Shown piece after piece: positions 34,563 through 46,249 of a stretch of 46,249 nucleotides of DNA. The notes beneath the pieces are model-generated. The model made no database searches and had not been told where the DNA came from. It saw nothing but the letters and a program-made list of their open reading frames with translations. Numbering within the stretch: the first letter of the stretch is position 1; each line of letters starts with the position of its first letter. A program made the translations under genes and the position numbers. Origin of the DNA: Leucoraja erinacea (taxonomy: Eukaryota); the NCBI RefSeq assembly GCF_028641065.1, contig NC_073377.1, forward strand, positions 169,959,752 through 170,006,000, read 5' to 3'.

Positions 34563-36418
34563 TAGCAATGTTACAACATTTTGAGATTTTAAAAATCAAG
34601 TCTGCAATTTATCCCATCAGATAAAGCATAAAAATAAGTTTAATTTGACACATAATTCACTTTCATATCTTCAGTATTAAAAAAGTTATGGCCATTTTCA
34701 TACTTGGAAATTAGCATCTTGTTCCCTATTGTTTTTCCATTGACTTTACACAAAAGCTGTGATCGAGGACAGTCAAAAGCCCATAACTTTCTTAAAAATT
34801 ACGAGAACCGAATGAAATTTTCAGTTATTATAGATTGAAGCATTCTGAAACAAATATGAAACATCTTACTTGGATGACCTGAAATTAAAGCACATAATTA
34901 GTTAATTACCTAATTGTAGTCAATTGACCGTTGTGACGAAATAGTAATAAACACCCAGACTGCCTTGAAAATTCAAAAATGTGATATTCTCAAGATCAGA
35001 ACTTTAATATTATTATATTATATGCTGTAAATCCGTAACAGGTAGGTAAATAAATTACAATTTCTAGCAATAGACCAAGTCTTTATGGAGAAGATCAGCT
35101 CCTAGCTGGTACATTGGTATATCATAATCAGTAGCATCATCATATTCCTCAGATTGTAACCAATAAACAACTCTGTACACCTTGTTTTTCCTCAACTTTT
35201 CAATTTTTGCTCTTCAAACCACGCATGACATGCTTTTCTGCCCACTACTTTCCCATTAACAATGTCCTGTAGATCATCACATTTGGAGTAGTCCAAATTT
35301 GGATAATCTCTGCGAATGCTGTCTAAATCAGTCTCTTTTGCTGGGCATTTGGATTGACAATTTTGCATTTCTTCTTCGGAGAAATCTGTTTAAAATGTAA
35401 AGGAAAAAAACCCTGAACAGCATTAACAGAAACAAGTTATTATTTGCAGTTTTAGAAAAAAGGTAGAAATTATAAAGTTAAACGCTAAAACAAATAGTAA
35501 ATACCCAACAAAAAATTCAGTTTCATCTAATCAATTAAATTCATCTAATCAATTAAATTCATCTAAATTCAATTACTAGATCTAAACATCTATTCATTTC
35601 TTAAGAAAAGGATATTTTTTTTTAAATAGCCAAAGTATCCAAATAACAAACAAATGCCATTCACACAAGAATTCACAATATAACATGACTTTTAAATCTC
35701 ACTGTCATGAATTTATATGCCAGATGGAAGGAATTTAATGTTTAATTTCCATAAATTAATCTGGAAACATCCACTCTCTATATAATCAAAATGACTATTT
35801 ATTGCACAATACATGTGACTAAAACAGTTGTGGTTATTTAGTATAAAATATTAATAATGGATAGGCAATAACACAAAATATAGACGATTTAGATCCTCAT
35901 GACATGATCGTCCAAATAAAATGAGGGTTTAAATCATCTTGCGAGTGGGCGTTTCTGGAATGTGATTGATTGGAACGTTGCTGTTGCCATGAATTTAAAC
36001 CCCATATCGGCAGGCAAAGACACTGCCGGTTCGTACGGGGCCCAAATAACATTTTTGCGTCGTAAAATTTGATTAAAGCCGCCCCAAGATCAAGATTATA
36101 TGTGAAATAAACGACTTACCTTTTATTTTGTCCTGATATTACGATCCATCACGTTGTAGGCGTTGAGGGCGTTCGAAGTCGCCTTTTATTTTAATCCAAC
36201 TATTAAATTGTCCAGCGATTTTTAAATTTTTTAAAACTGGGAACGGAAGTCCGATCGATTTTTCTTCATCGACTAGCAGCTGGAGGAAATCCCTCTCCGA
36301 CAAGCGATACAAACCTGCACTTTAATCCCCCCCCCCCCCCCCCTCAAAGGCGTCAAAGTCACGTACACGGCCATTGGCAGAACTGCAGCCGCTGAAGGTA
36401 GGTTTGGTAATGTCACTA
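34563..36418 (-). mobile_element. 1856-bp non-autonomous TIR DNA transposon (TAG...CTA termini, 7-bp TSD) inserted in a CR1 3' end
   Basis: CTCTTAT at 34556-34562 and 36419-36425. Imperfect TIRs: TAGCAATGTTACAA on the left versus TAGTGACATTACCA (reverse complement of the right end). Host CR1 tail (34482-34562) resumes at 36426. Confidence 0.8.
35064..35385 (-). pseudogene. Frameshifted terminal exon of a transposon-borne gene with a Tudor/Spindlin-like domain
   Basis: Acceptor tttttttcctttacattttaaacag|AT, then FSEEEMQNCQSKCPAKETDLDSIRRDYPNLDYSKCDDLQDIVNGKVVGRKACHAWFEEQK / frameshift / AKIEKLRKNKVYRVVYWLQSEEYDDATDYDIPMYQLGADLLHKDLVYC-TAG. The domain call is by pattern only. Confidence 0.6.
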
Positions 36419-36815
36419 CTCTTATCTACCTGTATTAATCCATATCTGCATATACATATACTTATCCAAAAGTCTCTTAAATGCCACTGTCGTATCTGTA
36501 TCAACCCCGGCAGCGTGTTCCAGGCGCTCATCACCTTCTGTGTTAAAAAGTTGCACTTCAGAACCTCTTTAAACTTTGCTCCTCTCACCTTAAAGGCTTG
36601 CCCTCTGGTATTTGATTTTTCCATCCTGAGAACAAGGTTCAGATTGTCTACCCAAACAATGTATCTCATAATTTTACATACTTCAATCAGGTCTCCCTGC
36701 AGCCTCTGGCGTTCCAGAGATGTAAATACTGTGTGTACTTAAGCTCCATTCCTGAATCTGACACTGACACTAAGAGAAAACAATCCAAGTCTGTCCAACC
36801 TCTTCTTGTAGCCAG
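36419..36815 (-). mobile_element. CR1 LINE 3' end (host of the 34563-36418 element)
   Basis: SNTRGQAFKVRGAKFK...FLTQKVMSAWNTLPG. Confidence 0.82.
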
Positions 36816-36819
36816 AAAT

Positions 36820-37592
36820 GTACTTCCCCCTGCATTATGTACATCTGGCAAAAACATTCTGGCCCAACGTGCCAAAAACCCACTCTACCTGTGATGCCCT
36901 TTCAAGGAACAAAGCCTTCGGTGTAACCGAAAAGCTCCGAAAACCGTCCATTTTTTCCAGATGTCGTCTGCGCACCAAAGCTCGCGTTTGGCGCCAAACT
37001 TGATGACGGTGCATGCAGTACTTCAAACCCAATGTTCTATAATGTTCCTCCCTGGAGACCGGGAGCATTATGTACATCTGTACTAAAAATCCTCCCCTAC
37101 TGAGGCGGGGGAGAATGCCAACGGGTCGCTGTGCAAAAACCTTCTGCGGGCGGCGCCAGTTGTACTCCGACCCCAGCAACTCCAAATCCAGCGCGGCCCG
37201 CGGCCCGGACGCCCCAGCTCCGCAAATGTCGGGAGTCTGGGAAACCAGCGGGGAGCAGGCAATGCTACCGGGTCGCCGTGCCGGAGCGCTGTTCAAGGAA
37301 CTCGCGGAGCGTATGGGATTTGTACTCCTGCCGGGGTTGGAGCTCCTCTGCTCAAATCTGACATCCGCGGTTGGGGTCGCCGACCAGGTGTAGGGGACTT
37401 GAATTAAAGTTTTCACCCCGACTCCACCACCACCACATTTCCCTCCATCTCTAACATTTATTTTCCCCTGCAGCAGCTCCAGACTTTTCAATACCTTTAA
37501 TCTACGCTAAAATCTTCCATTCTGAAATCCGAAAATGTCCGAAATCCGACAAGTGTCTGGTCCCAAGATACGGATAAAAGGTTGTGCACCTG
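36820..37592. mobile_element. One-ended Tc1/pogo(Tigger)-type non-autonomous element with a CpG-rich interior
   Basis: Terminus CGGATAAAAGGTTGTGCACCTG|TA with subterminal TCCGA(A) repeats. The partner TIR is absent. Confidence 0.5.
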
Positions 37593-37864
37593 TACTTGTA
37601 CTCCTAGAATCCTCTGCTCATCTGACATGGGGTATTCTGATTGTATTTGATATTTCCGCCATCTCCATTTTTCCCCTGCTTTTATACTTTAATGTAAAAT
37701 AAAATGTGTTCTGTTTAAACTTTATGAACAAATTAATACAAATTTCAGATGGAGGCAAATATGTATTTAAGCTACAATCCAGAATCTGAGCAAGTAATGG
37801 AAGGTTTAAGCACAGAATACAGCCAGACACTTCAACACGACAGATAAAAATGCAACAATATTAG

Positions 37865-38150
37865 AGGCGAGATGTTAAATTAAGCACTTGTTTGCCTGTT
37901 CGAGTTGATGTAAATAATCCCAAGGCACCATTCATCGAGGAAAGAAGCATTGTCCAGACCAATATTCTTTCCTCCATTAAATCCTAGGGGGAATAACAAA
38001 ACAAACCACATATTTCTATTGTCTATGCAATATTGCTCTGAGCAAAACTTGTGTGCAGCAGCAATGGGAGTGCTTCAGAAATAAATTAATTCATCTGAAG
38101 CACTTAGGGACATTCTGAGGATGCGGTAAACTGCTGTAAAATGCAACTTA
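37865..38150 (+). mobile_element. Ancient DeuSINE (SacSINE1/AmnSINE-like) remnant
   Basis: Resembles the recalled Deu-domain and tail (GATGTTAAA...GATGTAAATAATCCCAAGGCAC...GAAGCACTTAGGGACATTCTGAGG...AAATGCAA). Confidence 0.55.
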
Positions 38151-39103
38151 GTTTTCTTGCCCTCCTCTTATCCAAGTTTTCTTTTTGTTGATGGAACCAA
38201 GAGATTAGCATCTTAGAAGGACGTATCCAGCTGGGTACTTGCAGAGGGTAGAATAAGCAATGGTCTAGTGAGTAGGAGTAATGAGTGCCTGGCTTGGAAT
38301 AGCTCTGAGACAGAAGAATTCAAGAACACAGCACAAGACAATAGGAGCTTCAAGCCTGCCTAGTTGTTTAATATGATCATGGCTGATTAATGCTGGCCTT
38401 AACTTATCATCACAAGAAAACAAGCCCCACTCCAGGCAGCTGGTGGCAGGCAGAAACAGACCAGTTGGTATCCAGGGAGGAAATCAAAATCGACTTTGTT
38501 GCAACTCCTCTTGGAATAAAAGATTAGGAGGAAAATCATCAGGTCACAGCAGTGCCCTCCTTCCTCACAATAATCTCACGTGAGACGTGATCTATGACAG
38601 GACAATGGGCAGCACTGAAGATGGCAGAGACTCCAATCAGCACCTGGTCCAATGTGTGACAGAGAGAAATATATATTGTCTAAAAATCACAGCAAGGACA
38701 AAAGATATTGATCTGAAATATGTGTTTTTTTGGGGTAAGTTTAAGTTGAGTTTAGTTTGTTTGCACATGTACTACTGAGGTACAGGGAACATCTTTTGTA
38801 CTTGGTATATCGACAATAACAGAGAGATGTTTTCATGTAGTGAAGTTAAATTGATGCTAAATTACGTTACCCCAACCACCCAAATGCAAATAACAACATT
38901 CACAAGTGAAACAAGGCTAGGTAGCATTGGTGTAATGTGCCACAAGAAGTAGACAAAACAAAGAGATGATATTCAATAATTGACTGAATACTTGAGGCCA
39001 GTTTAAATGTTTTATTTTGCATATATGCAAATTACAGATATTCACAAAATACCGCATTGAATGTATGACATGCTGCAAGCCTTTTGGGTCAACTACGCAC
39101 ACA

Positions 39104-39239
39104 TTACAAAAACATTTTTATGATCTTTTTACCAAGGTTAAAATCAAAATAGTTGTCACACATGGAGTTTGTGATTCCCCCAATGCTCAGACTTGTTAAT
39201 ATCAGTAACATCGCTATACCAATCCTGAATCCAGGCAGC
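39104..39239 (-). CDS. MGST2: Microsomal glutathione S-transferase 2 (MAPEG family), terminal coding exon
   Basis: Minus-strand acceptor tttctatttctattttcag|G is phase 2. Encodes (R)LPGFRIGIAMLLILTSLSIGGITNSMCDNYFDFNLGKKIIKMFL-TAA versus recalled human RITGFRLSLGILALLTLLGALGIANSFLDEYLDLNIAKKLRRQF. AATAAA lies about 90 nt downstream (plus strand tttatt, 39011-39016). Confidence 0.9.
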
Positions 39240-39380
39240 CTGAAAATAGAAATAGAAATGAGAAGGAAATAACACAATTGTCTCATTCCAATTTAATTTT
39301 AAATATACTTTATCTTTTCAGAATCCATGTTTCCCTATTACCATCTGACATTGGCTCGGTGTACAAGTGTCCCATTTACT

Positions 39381-39506
39381 GTGTAGGAAGGAACTGCAGA
39401 TGCTGGTTTACACCGAAGAAAGACACAAAATGCTGGAGTAACTTAACGGGACAGGCAGTATCTCTGGATAGAAGGAATGGGTGACGTCGAGACCCTTCGC
39501 CAGTCT
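39381..39506 (-). mobile_element. Penelope-derived unit in the last MGST2 intron
   Basis: Same family as 21443-21629; hammerhead core partly deleted. Confidence 0.75.
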
Positions 39507-39885
39507 CTACACATTTACTGTTGTTTAGCTGAATACAACCTAATCTTCCTCACTGCTACAATGCAAACAACGAGCAAAAAACAACAAAGTTTCCCTTAAC
39601 ATTACTGACAACTGTTGCAACATTTATTCTATGGACATTCGGTGAGAATATCAGATTAGAAAAGTCGGCAGATAGTCTCTAGCCATGCAAAGTAAGTGAT
39701 ATTGTGCCAGAAAGGAGCACATTAATGTCAAATGTCAGCCTTGGTTAAAGGGTGGAAAGTTATGGCACTTTGGACCCTACCTGAGCCCTGAAGTCATAAA
39801 CTAGACTGACACTCCAGGGCAACACAGTACAAGTACTGCAGTCTAGGAAGTGCCATCTATCAGGTGAAATGCCAAGAACTACAGG

Positions 39886-40090
39886 ACCACAGTGACACAG
39901 CTGTAGGGTTTGATCATGACCACGTGAGCTTTCTCTGGGTGCTCGCCTTTCCTTCCACACTCCAAAGCTGTAAGCTTCTGTAAATTGTAAAGTTGTCCCT
40001 AGTGTGTAGGATATAATACTAACATACAGGGTTATTGTTGGTCGGTGCAGACTCGGTGGGAAGTAGGTCCTGTTTCCACACTGTCTAAAC
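39886..40090 (+). mobile_element. V-SINE nested in an older DeuSINE-like remnant (about 39736-40200)
   Basis: Deleted V-SINE body and tail; the flanks resemble the DeuSINE head and Deu-domain. Confidence 0.55.
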
Positions 40091-40932
40091 CCAACCAGCC
40101 ACTGAATTGGATGCAAAGAACCTACCGAATTATCCTAGCATCTTATCGACAAAGTAACTAAAAAATAAATAATCTGGTTATTAATTTCATTGCTTTATTT
40201 CTCACGTTATAATAGTGATCAATGGTCAGGAGTGTGATGGAATATTCTCTGCTTGCTTGGGCAAGTTTAATCAAGTAATTCAAAACCAGACAAAGCAATC
40301 TGCTTGATTGGCACCTCACCAATCACCTTAAACATTCACTACTTCCAGCTCACATTGGCTTCAGTGCCATTGACAAAATACATTGCAATTGCTTGCCAAC
40401 ATTTTCTCAACAGCAGCTATCAGATCCATGTGCGTTTCTACCAAGAAACATCCAGCCAGTAGGGAGATGTATTCACTGCCACCTCCAAATTCCCATGTCA
40501 CACCCTATCTATCTAGAATTGGAAACGTATCACTTCTTGATCCTTCATGATCACTGTCTTAAAGTCCCAGGGTTTTCCACCTACGAGCACTGTGAGAGTA
40601 TTTTATCCACAGTCTGTAGCAGATCAAAAAGATGCCTCACAATACTTTCCCAAGAGCATTTTCAGATGATACGATGCAATAGAACTTCATTCATCCCCAG
40701 AGGGAAATTGATCTGCCAACAGTCGTAACACACAAGGCACACAAAAACAAAATTAAAATTAAATTAAAAGTGAAAAAAAAGACAAATAAAAAGAACTGAA
40801 TGTAGGTTTTGCCAGCAATTCCCCCATCTCATGACTAAATAATATACAATATACCCGCCTTCTCAATTGGATAGTTGGTGTACAATATGGGGAGACCTTT
40901 GAGAGGGTGTGAGAAGTCTAGCATGTTCATAC

Positions 40933-41014
40933 CTTCTCTTTGTTGATTCTGCATACCCATTAAAGTACATCAGCCGACTAAATAGATAGGCAAGACCAAC
41001 CACTGAGGCAATTT
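40933..41014 (-). CDS. MGST2: Microsomal glutathione S-transferase 2, penultimate coding exon (missed by the ORF track)
   Basis: Acceptor ttttgtctttgcattcag|AA and donor AG|gtatga; 82 nt, phase 1/2. Encodes (E)IASVVGLAYLFSRLMYFNGYAESTKR(R), with the MAPEG R-x-x-Y-F-x-G-Y motif. Its phase joins the terminal exon. Confidence 0.9.
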
Positions 41015-41696
41015 CTGAATGCAAAGACAAAACATATTCATTTTATTTTACAAGAAAGTCATCCATTTAAAGTCAACATAAATGATCAATTATGAAAGAT
41101 GCATTGTTGGAATACATGAACAAAATTTATACTTTGCATTTTTGAGAAATATTTAATAATCTTGAAGGTAGATGACTTTTGATATCATTTGTTACAATTA
41201 TTGTCTCTTTATATGAGTAATTGGGATGTGACTAGTTTTAATGTCTTGACATGATATGGGACACTGTTGTGGAGAAACTTCACTCGGGGCCAATGTTTGC
41301 TTAGTTTTATCATGATACAGCAATGGATGAACACAAGGTAATGACTTTCTTCACTCCATTGTTTTGTTGTGTATGAATATGACAAATACCAGACTCTACC
41401 TGACCAAGATGCTTTCCACAGTCAAATAGCCTAATCTAAACCAAGCTCTCACCAGCTCCAGTGCGGTCCTGACCACCCATCCTCCTCCTCATTGGAGAAC
41501 TTCATCTTGCACTAAACGTTATACATCTTATCCTGTATCTATACACTGTGGACAGCTTGATTGAACCACGTACAGTCTTGTCACTGACTGGATGGCACAC
41601 AACTAAAAGTGTTCTGTTGTACCTCTGTACATGTGGCAATAATAAACTAAACTAAACTAATCTTTTACATATAGAATGGCAACTTATGCAGGTGAC

Positions 41697-41945
41697 CCAT
41701 AGAATATAGAACAATATAGCATTGGAACAAGACTTTTGTCCCACAATGTCTGTGGTGAACATGATGCAAAGGTAAACTAATTTCCTCTGCTAGCATGTGA
41801 TCCACATCTTTGTGCCAATCAAAAAGCCTTTTAAATGCTATGATTGTATCTGCCTCTAACACCACTCCCGGAAACACATTCCATGCACCCACCACTCTGT
41901 ATAAAAACCTGCCCCACACATATTCTTTAAACGTTGCCCCTCTTG
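41697..41945 (-). mobile_element. CR1 LINE 3' end
   Basis: RFLYRVVGAWNVFPG...AFKRLFD. Confidence 0.78.
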
Positions 41946-42369
41946 TAACAGTATGCATGTCAAAGCCCTACATAACTGTAGCCCAACCAAAGGAAGACAG
42001 TTTCTCCTCCTCGGTTGGGCTACAGTTACATTGGGCTTCATCATGCATTATGTTACAAGAGCGGCAATGTTTAAAGAAATAATTCCCCCTTCAAGTCAAG
42101 GAAGATTTAGTAAGAATACATGAAGATTATGGAGTACAATAGTTTAGTTATGTCACCTGGCAACAAAATGTTACTGTCCTACGGAATGTCTTTGTAGTAA
42201 TTTAGTGAAAATACTTTGTCAACACACACAGTTCATGGTCGACCAGACTCGCCTTAATATCTGAAGGTCTAGACAAGATCCTGTCTCTGAAACAAGATAG
42301 CCAGTTAAATGATTCTATGTCCATTCTGCCTATAGTCCTTCCAAGCTGATAATAACTTGAAGACAGAGT

Positions 42370-42667
42370 GGTACAGTGGCACAACTGGTAAAGCTGCTGC
42401 TTCACAGCACTGGAGACCCAGCTTCAATCCTGACCTCGGGTGCGGAGGCTGTACGTTCTCCCTGAGACCCCCTGGGTTTTGTCCAATGCTCCAGTTTTCT
42501 CCCACATCCCATAGACGTGCGGGTTTACAGGATAATTAGCCTTTGTACATTTTTCCCAATGTGTCAGGAGCAAATGAGAAAGTGGGATAAGATAGAACTG
42601 ATGTGAATGTGTGATCAGTGGTCAGTGTGGACTTGTTGTTTCCATGCTGAATCTCTAAATTTCTAAA
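42370..42667 (+). mobile_element. HE1-like V-SINE, diverged
   Basis: Head, V-domain and tail are recognisable. Confidence 0.75.
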
Positions 42668-43021
42668 GTACAGACCAACCCAGCGTGCTTGGCTGTGCAT
42701 TAAAGTGGCTGATCTCCGACCCACTTATCTCCATCTCACTGATTCCCTTAGAACACGTGCATTTGTGTCAGATCAACACTGTTTGAAGAGAAAGAGAGAG
42801 ATTCAGATTAGTTTATTGTCATATACACAAGGGTGCAATGAAATTCCTATTCTCATTAAATTCAAAGTAAATATGATGATAGATACAATGTACAACAACA
42901 AGTGCAAAACAGCAGAATGATGCAAAGATTCTAGTGCAATCTGAAGAAGTGCAATAAACTACAAGTGTATTAACGGGATTACTGAGCGAGGTTGAGTTAA
43001 GAATAAGAGTATATGGCAGAT

Positions 43022-43503
43022 AGGCAAAGTGCTGGAATAACTTAGTGGGTCAGGCAGCATTTTTGGAATGGGTGACATTTCAGCTCAGAACTCTTCTTCA
43101 GACTGAATGTAGATGTGGGGGGGAGGGGGAGGTAGGAAAAAGCCAAATGAAAACAGGGATGGCAACTGATGACCAAGGAAGGGTGTAGCCCATAGTGGCC
43201 CATTGTTGGCCCATAGTAGCCCATAGTGGCCCATTGTTGGCTGGGGATGAGGTAATAACGAAGGGATACAGGGATGCGAACAGTGGAACTAACCGGACGA
43301 CAAGGATAGAGGAGGGTAGGGGGAGAGTTACTTGAGTTACTTGAAGGAAATCAATGTTCATACTGCTGGGTTGTAAGCTGCCCAAGCGAAACATGAGGTG
43401 CTGTTCCTCCAACTTGTATGTGGCCTCACTCTGACAACGGATGAGGCCCAGGACAGAAAGGTCAGTGTGGGAATGGGAAGTTAAAATGTTTGGCAACCGG
43501 GAG
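43022..43503 (-). mobile_element. Penelope-like element 3' remnant with the GIY-YIG endonuclease C-terminus
   Basis: SHSHTDLSVLGLIRCQSEATYKLEEQHLMFRLGSLQPSSMNIDF, followed by a degenerate hammerhead-like core near 43070-43100. Confidence 0.82.
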
Positions 43504-44526
43504 ATGGTGTAAGTGAAGGAGTATATGGCAGCATCTCACATTGCATGGCCAGGACTTTCCCCTTCCCCTCTATTCTGTAGAAACGTTTACTTTTACAAAC
43601 CCACTTCAAACTAAGTTTACGTTAACCCCAATTAAAAATGTAATTTTTAGCCAAACAGAAACATCCCTATGACTAATATTTTATTATGGCATTCAATTCC
43701 TGCAATAAATTAAATTGAATTTCCTTTGTAGTCTTTCCTTCGTAGCTAGATTTACAAATGTGTTTGGCATTTATTTTAAAGCCCCAATGTGAATGTTATA
43801 ACTGGCAATCTAATGATAGATTTTAATTTACTGAAGTCTATTTATTCTTCTCAGTTTTGTACCATGTGTCCTGCTGATCAACTAGCTGTCACAAGCTGGC
43901 CTTGAATAGCACTTCCTCCCGTTCATCAGCCAAACTGTCGTGCAGTCACAAAATAAACCTACATTAGAGACATCAGCAGTCAAAGCTGCACAGTAGCTTG
44001 TGCAAAAGTCCACGATGTGACACGTTTGACTTTAATACCAAAGCTGTATTCAGAGCAAACGTGAACAGTTTATTTGTTCTCTCATCTCCTTTCCACTACT
44101 ACTAACTGAGTGGTGATGAATTCAATCAAGACGTGACAAATCTCAGATTCAAGCATTCACCTCTTGAAGATGAATTTCGGCATCCAAACAAATTAATTGG
44201 GCAAGATGTGGTGTCTCCTAGTTAGGTCGCAAGGGAGAGCACATTATTAATGAGAGGATGTCAGCTTGCCATATTAGATGTGCTTACATAACCTATAAAG
44301 TTTCCAACAGGTTTTGTACAAGAGCTGAATTAACATTCAATTGTCTGAGCCAAGAAAAAAGTTTTTAAAAAGCAAATTTACAAAAATTTGAATTAGTGAC
44401 GGCTTGATATTGAGCTGTACCGACTACAAAATTCCATGACGGCTTGATTGGTAAATACTCCACAAAGTGTTGTCCTGACTGTGTTGTATATTCTGTGAAG
44501 GCACCAGGTTCAAGAGATTGATCAAT

Positions 44527-44830
44527 TGAAGAGTGCAGCATGGAAACAGGCCCTTCTGCCCATCATTTTCATGCTGACCATCGAACACACTAGATCTACG
44601 TTATCTCAAATTCACACCCCCTTCATACTAAGGGGCAGTTTTACTGAGGCCAATTGACCTAAAACCCTGCATGTCTTTGGGATGTGGGAGGAAAGCGAGG
44701 CACTCAGAGGAGACCATGCAGTCACATGTTTAATGTGCACATTCCACACCAATGGCCACCAAGGTCAAGATAAAAGCTGGGTCTCTGATGCCATGAGGCA
44801 GCAGCTCTACCAGCTGTGCCACTGAGCTGT
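44527..44830 (-). mobile_element. HE1-like V-SINE
   Basis: Same family as 1486-1790. Confidence 0.8.
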
Positions 44831-45367
44831 CTCATGCCGATTCATGTAATCCATGTGCCAATCAAGACCGGCAAATACGTTCCACTGGTGAGTCTAGCTG
44901 CCCACACTTTGTGTTGGCTCAAGCATGAAACATAACCACTTAGATTGGTTCTTTGAATGTCCAAAACACAATGGAACTATGTCAGCATGCCCAGACCATT
45001 GGGAGAGGAGGGTTGAAAAGGTTAGAATGAGGTGGGAGCTGAAGACACGAGAGATGGATGCACTTTTATAACACCTGCCAAATGACACGGAACATTTCAT
45101 ATCAAAATGACATCTTGCTTAGTGAGGCTTTCTCCAACATTTCTCGAGTATAAAACCATCTTGTTGATGAATTATTACTCAAATAAGCAGGAATTTTCCA
45201 CAACTAAGTATTGAAAGATTGAAGCCATCCTGTAATTAAATTATTAATTATATCCAAAATTAAATGTTATTCTTCTTGTAGCAACTGTCTGAAATTGTTT
45301 GTTTTTCCCCAAGATGAGTGGAAAATGTCACCTCTGTAATATCACCGAGCCATTATTTGCCACCTAG

Positions 45368-45580
45368 TTGAGTTTGTACGTTCTCCCTGTGACCACATGG
45401 GTTTTCTCCAATTTCCTCCCACATTCCAAAGACGTACAGATTTGTAGGTGAATTGGCTTCGGTAAAAATTGTAAAATGTTCCTGGCGTGTAGGATACAAA
45501 AAATTCCTGGTGTTCAGGGATCATTGGTCGATGTGGGCGCGGTTGGCCAAAAGGCCTGTTTCTGTGCTGGATCTAAACTC
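45368..45580 (+). mobile_element. 5'-truncated V-SINE
   Basis: V-domain and tail. Confidence 0.8.
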
Positions 45581-46249
45581 AACAACCTGCCATTCGAACT
45601 TTCCCCGTTACCCTCAGAATTTCACACGGTCAATCCTTATCCTCTCTTACTAAAGATGATCCTCAAAACCTACTCCTTTAATCATCACATTTGCCTTTGT
45701 TAAATGTTGTTTAATAAACACACATGAAGTATGTGTCACTTTGAGTGCTATGCAAGTTGCAGTTGTACATACATTTTGTAATGTTCAGTTGGCAGATAAA
45801 ACAGGAAATCCATTGTTTTAATGCAAAAATATAATCAAATACATTTAGCATTTTTGTTTTTCACATTACTTAACTTCTAATGAAGATTTTGTACATTTAT
45901 AAAAACATTTCTCAGAATTAGACCTTCCCAGATAATCCATTACATTTGCATTAGTAGATCCTTAGGCTAAAGTTCTGCCATGTGATTATACTAATGAATA
46001 TTCTAATGTGTCTTATGAAATTTCTTGTCTTTTTGAAAGAAGAAAAATTCCTCATTTGTGTAAGATCCTCATTTAAACAAAGGTATCAATATATTACCCA
46101 GATACATTAACACTTTCGTCATTCATTTTGCTCAGCACAATTTGAAACCCATACATTTTTCAGACGTCCATCACCCATGAGAAGAGATTGAATTTTTTGT
46201 ATTGATGTTAGGGATATTGTTTCATTGAATGAAAGTTGCATTATAATAT

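Noticed and set aside
44420-44480. Minus-strand QHFVEYLPI resembling MGST2 exon 3 (QNCVEFYPI)
   Set aside because: The nearest AG gives the wrong phase, similarity ends after 9 residues, and no donor lies at the expected distance. Exon 3 probably lies beyond the window.

Overview
This is eukaryotic (vertebrate) genomic DNA. The repeat families (HE1-type V-SINEs, CR1, Rex1/Babar, Penelope, DeuSINE) point to a cartilaginous fish, probably a skate or ray (inference). Two genes converge tail-to-tail. The last three coding exons of MAML3 lie on + (6738-7010, 11946-12069, 25059-26029), and the last two coding exons of MGST2 lie on - (40933-41014, 39104-39239). All splice sites are canonical and the phases are consistent. 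The rest is intron, UTR or intergenic sequence dense in decayed transposons, with one N gap (22386-22562). Most ORFs in the supplied track are repeat remnants or low-complexity artefacts. I found no prokaryote-style multi-gene system. The best candidates for novelty are: (1) a 1.86-kb TIR transposon with a 7-bp TSD that carries a spliced, frameshifted gene for a Tudor/Spindlin-like protein that the ORF track misses; (2) a half-decayed PPxY (YAP/TAZ WW-binding) motif in MAML3 exon 4; and (3) Penelope-derived fold-back units with hammerhead-ribozyme cores, one with a 15-bp TSD. Family assignments come from recalled consensus sequences, not database searches. Repeat boundaries are approximate unless a TSD is cited.
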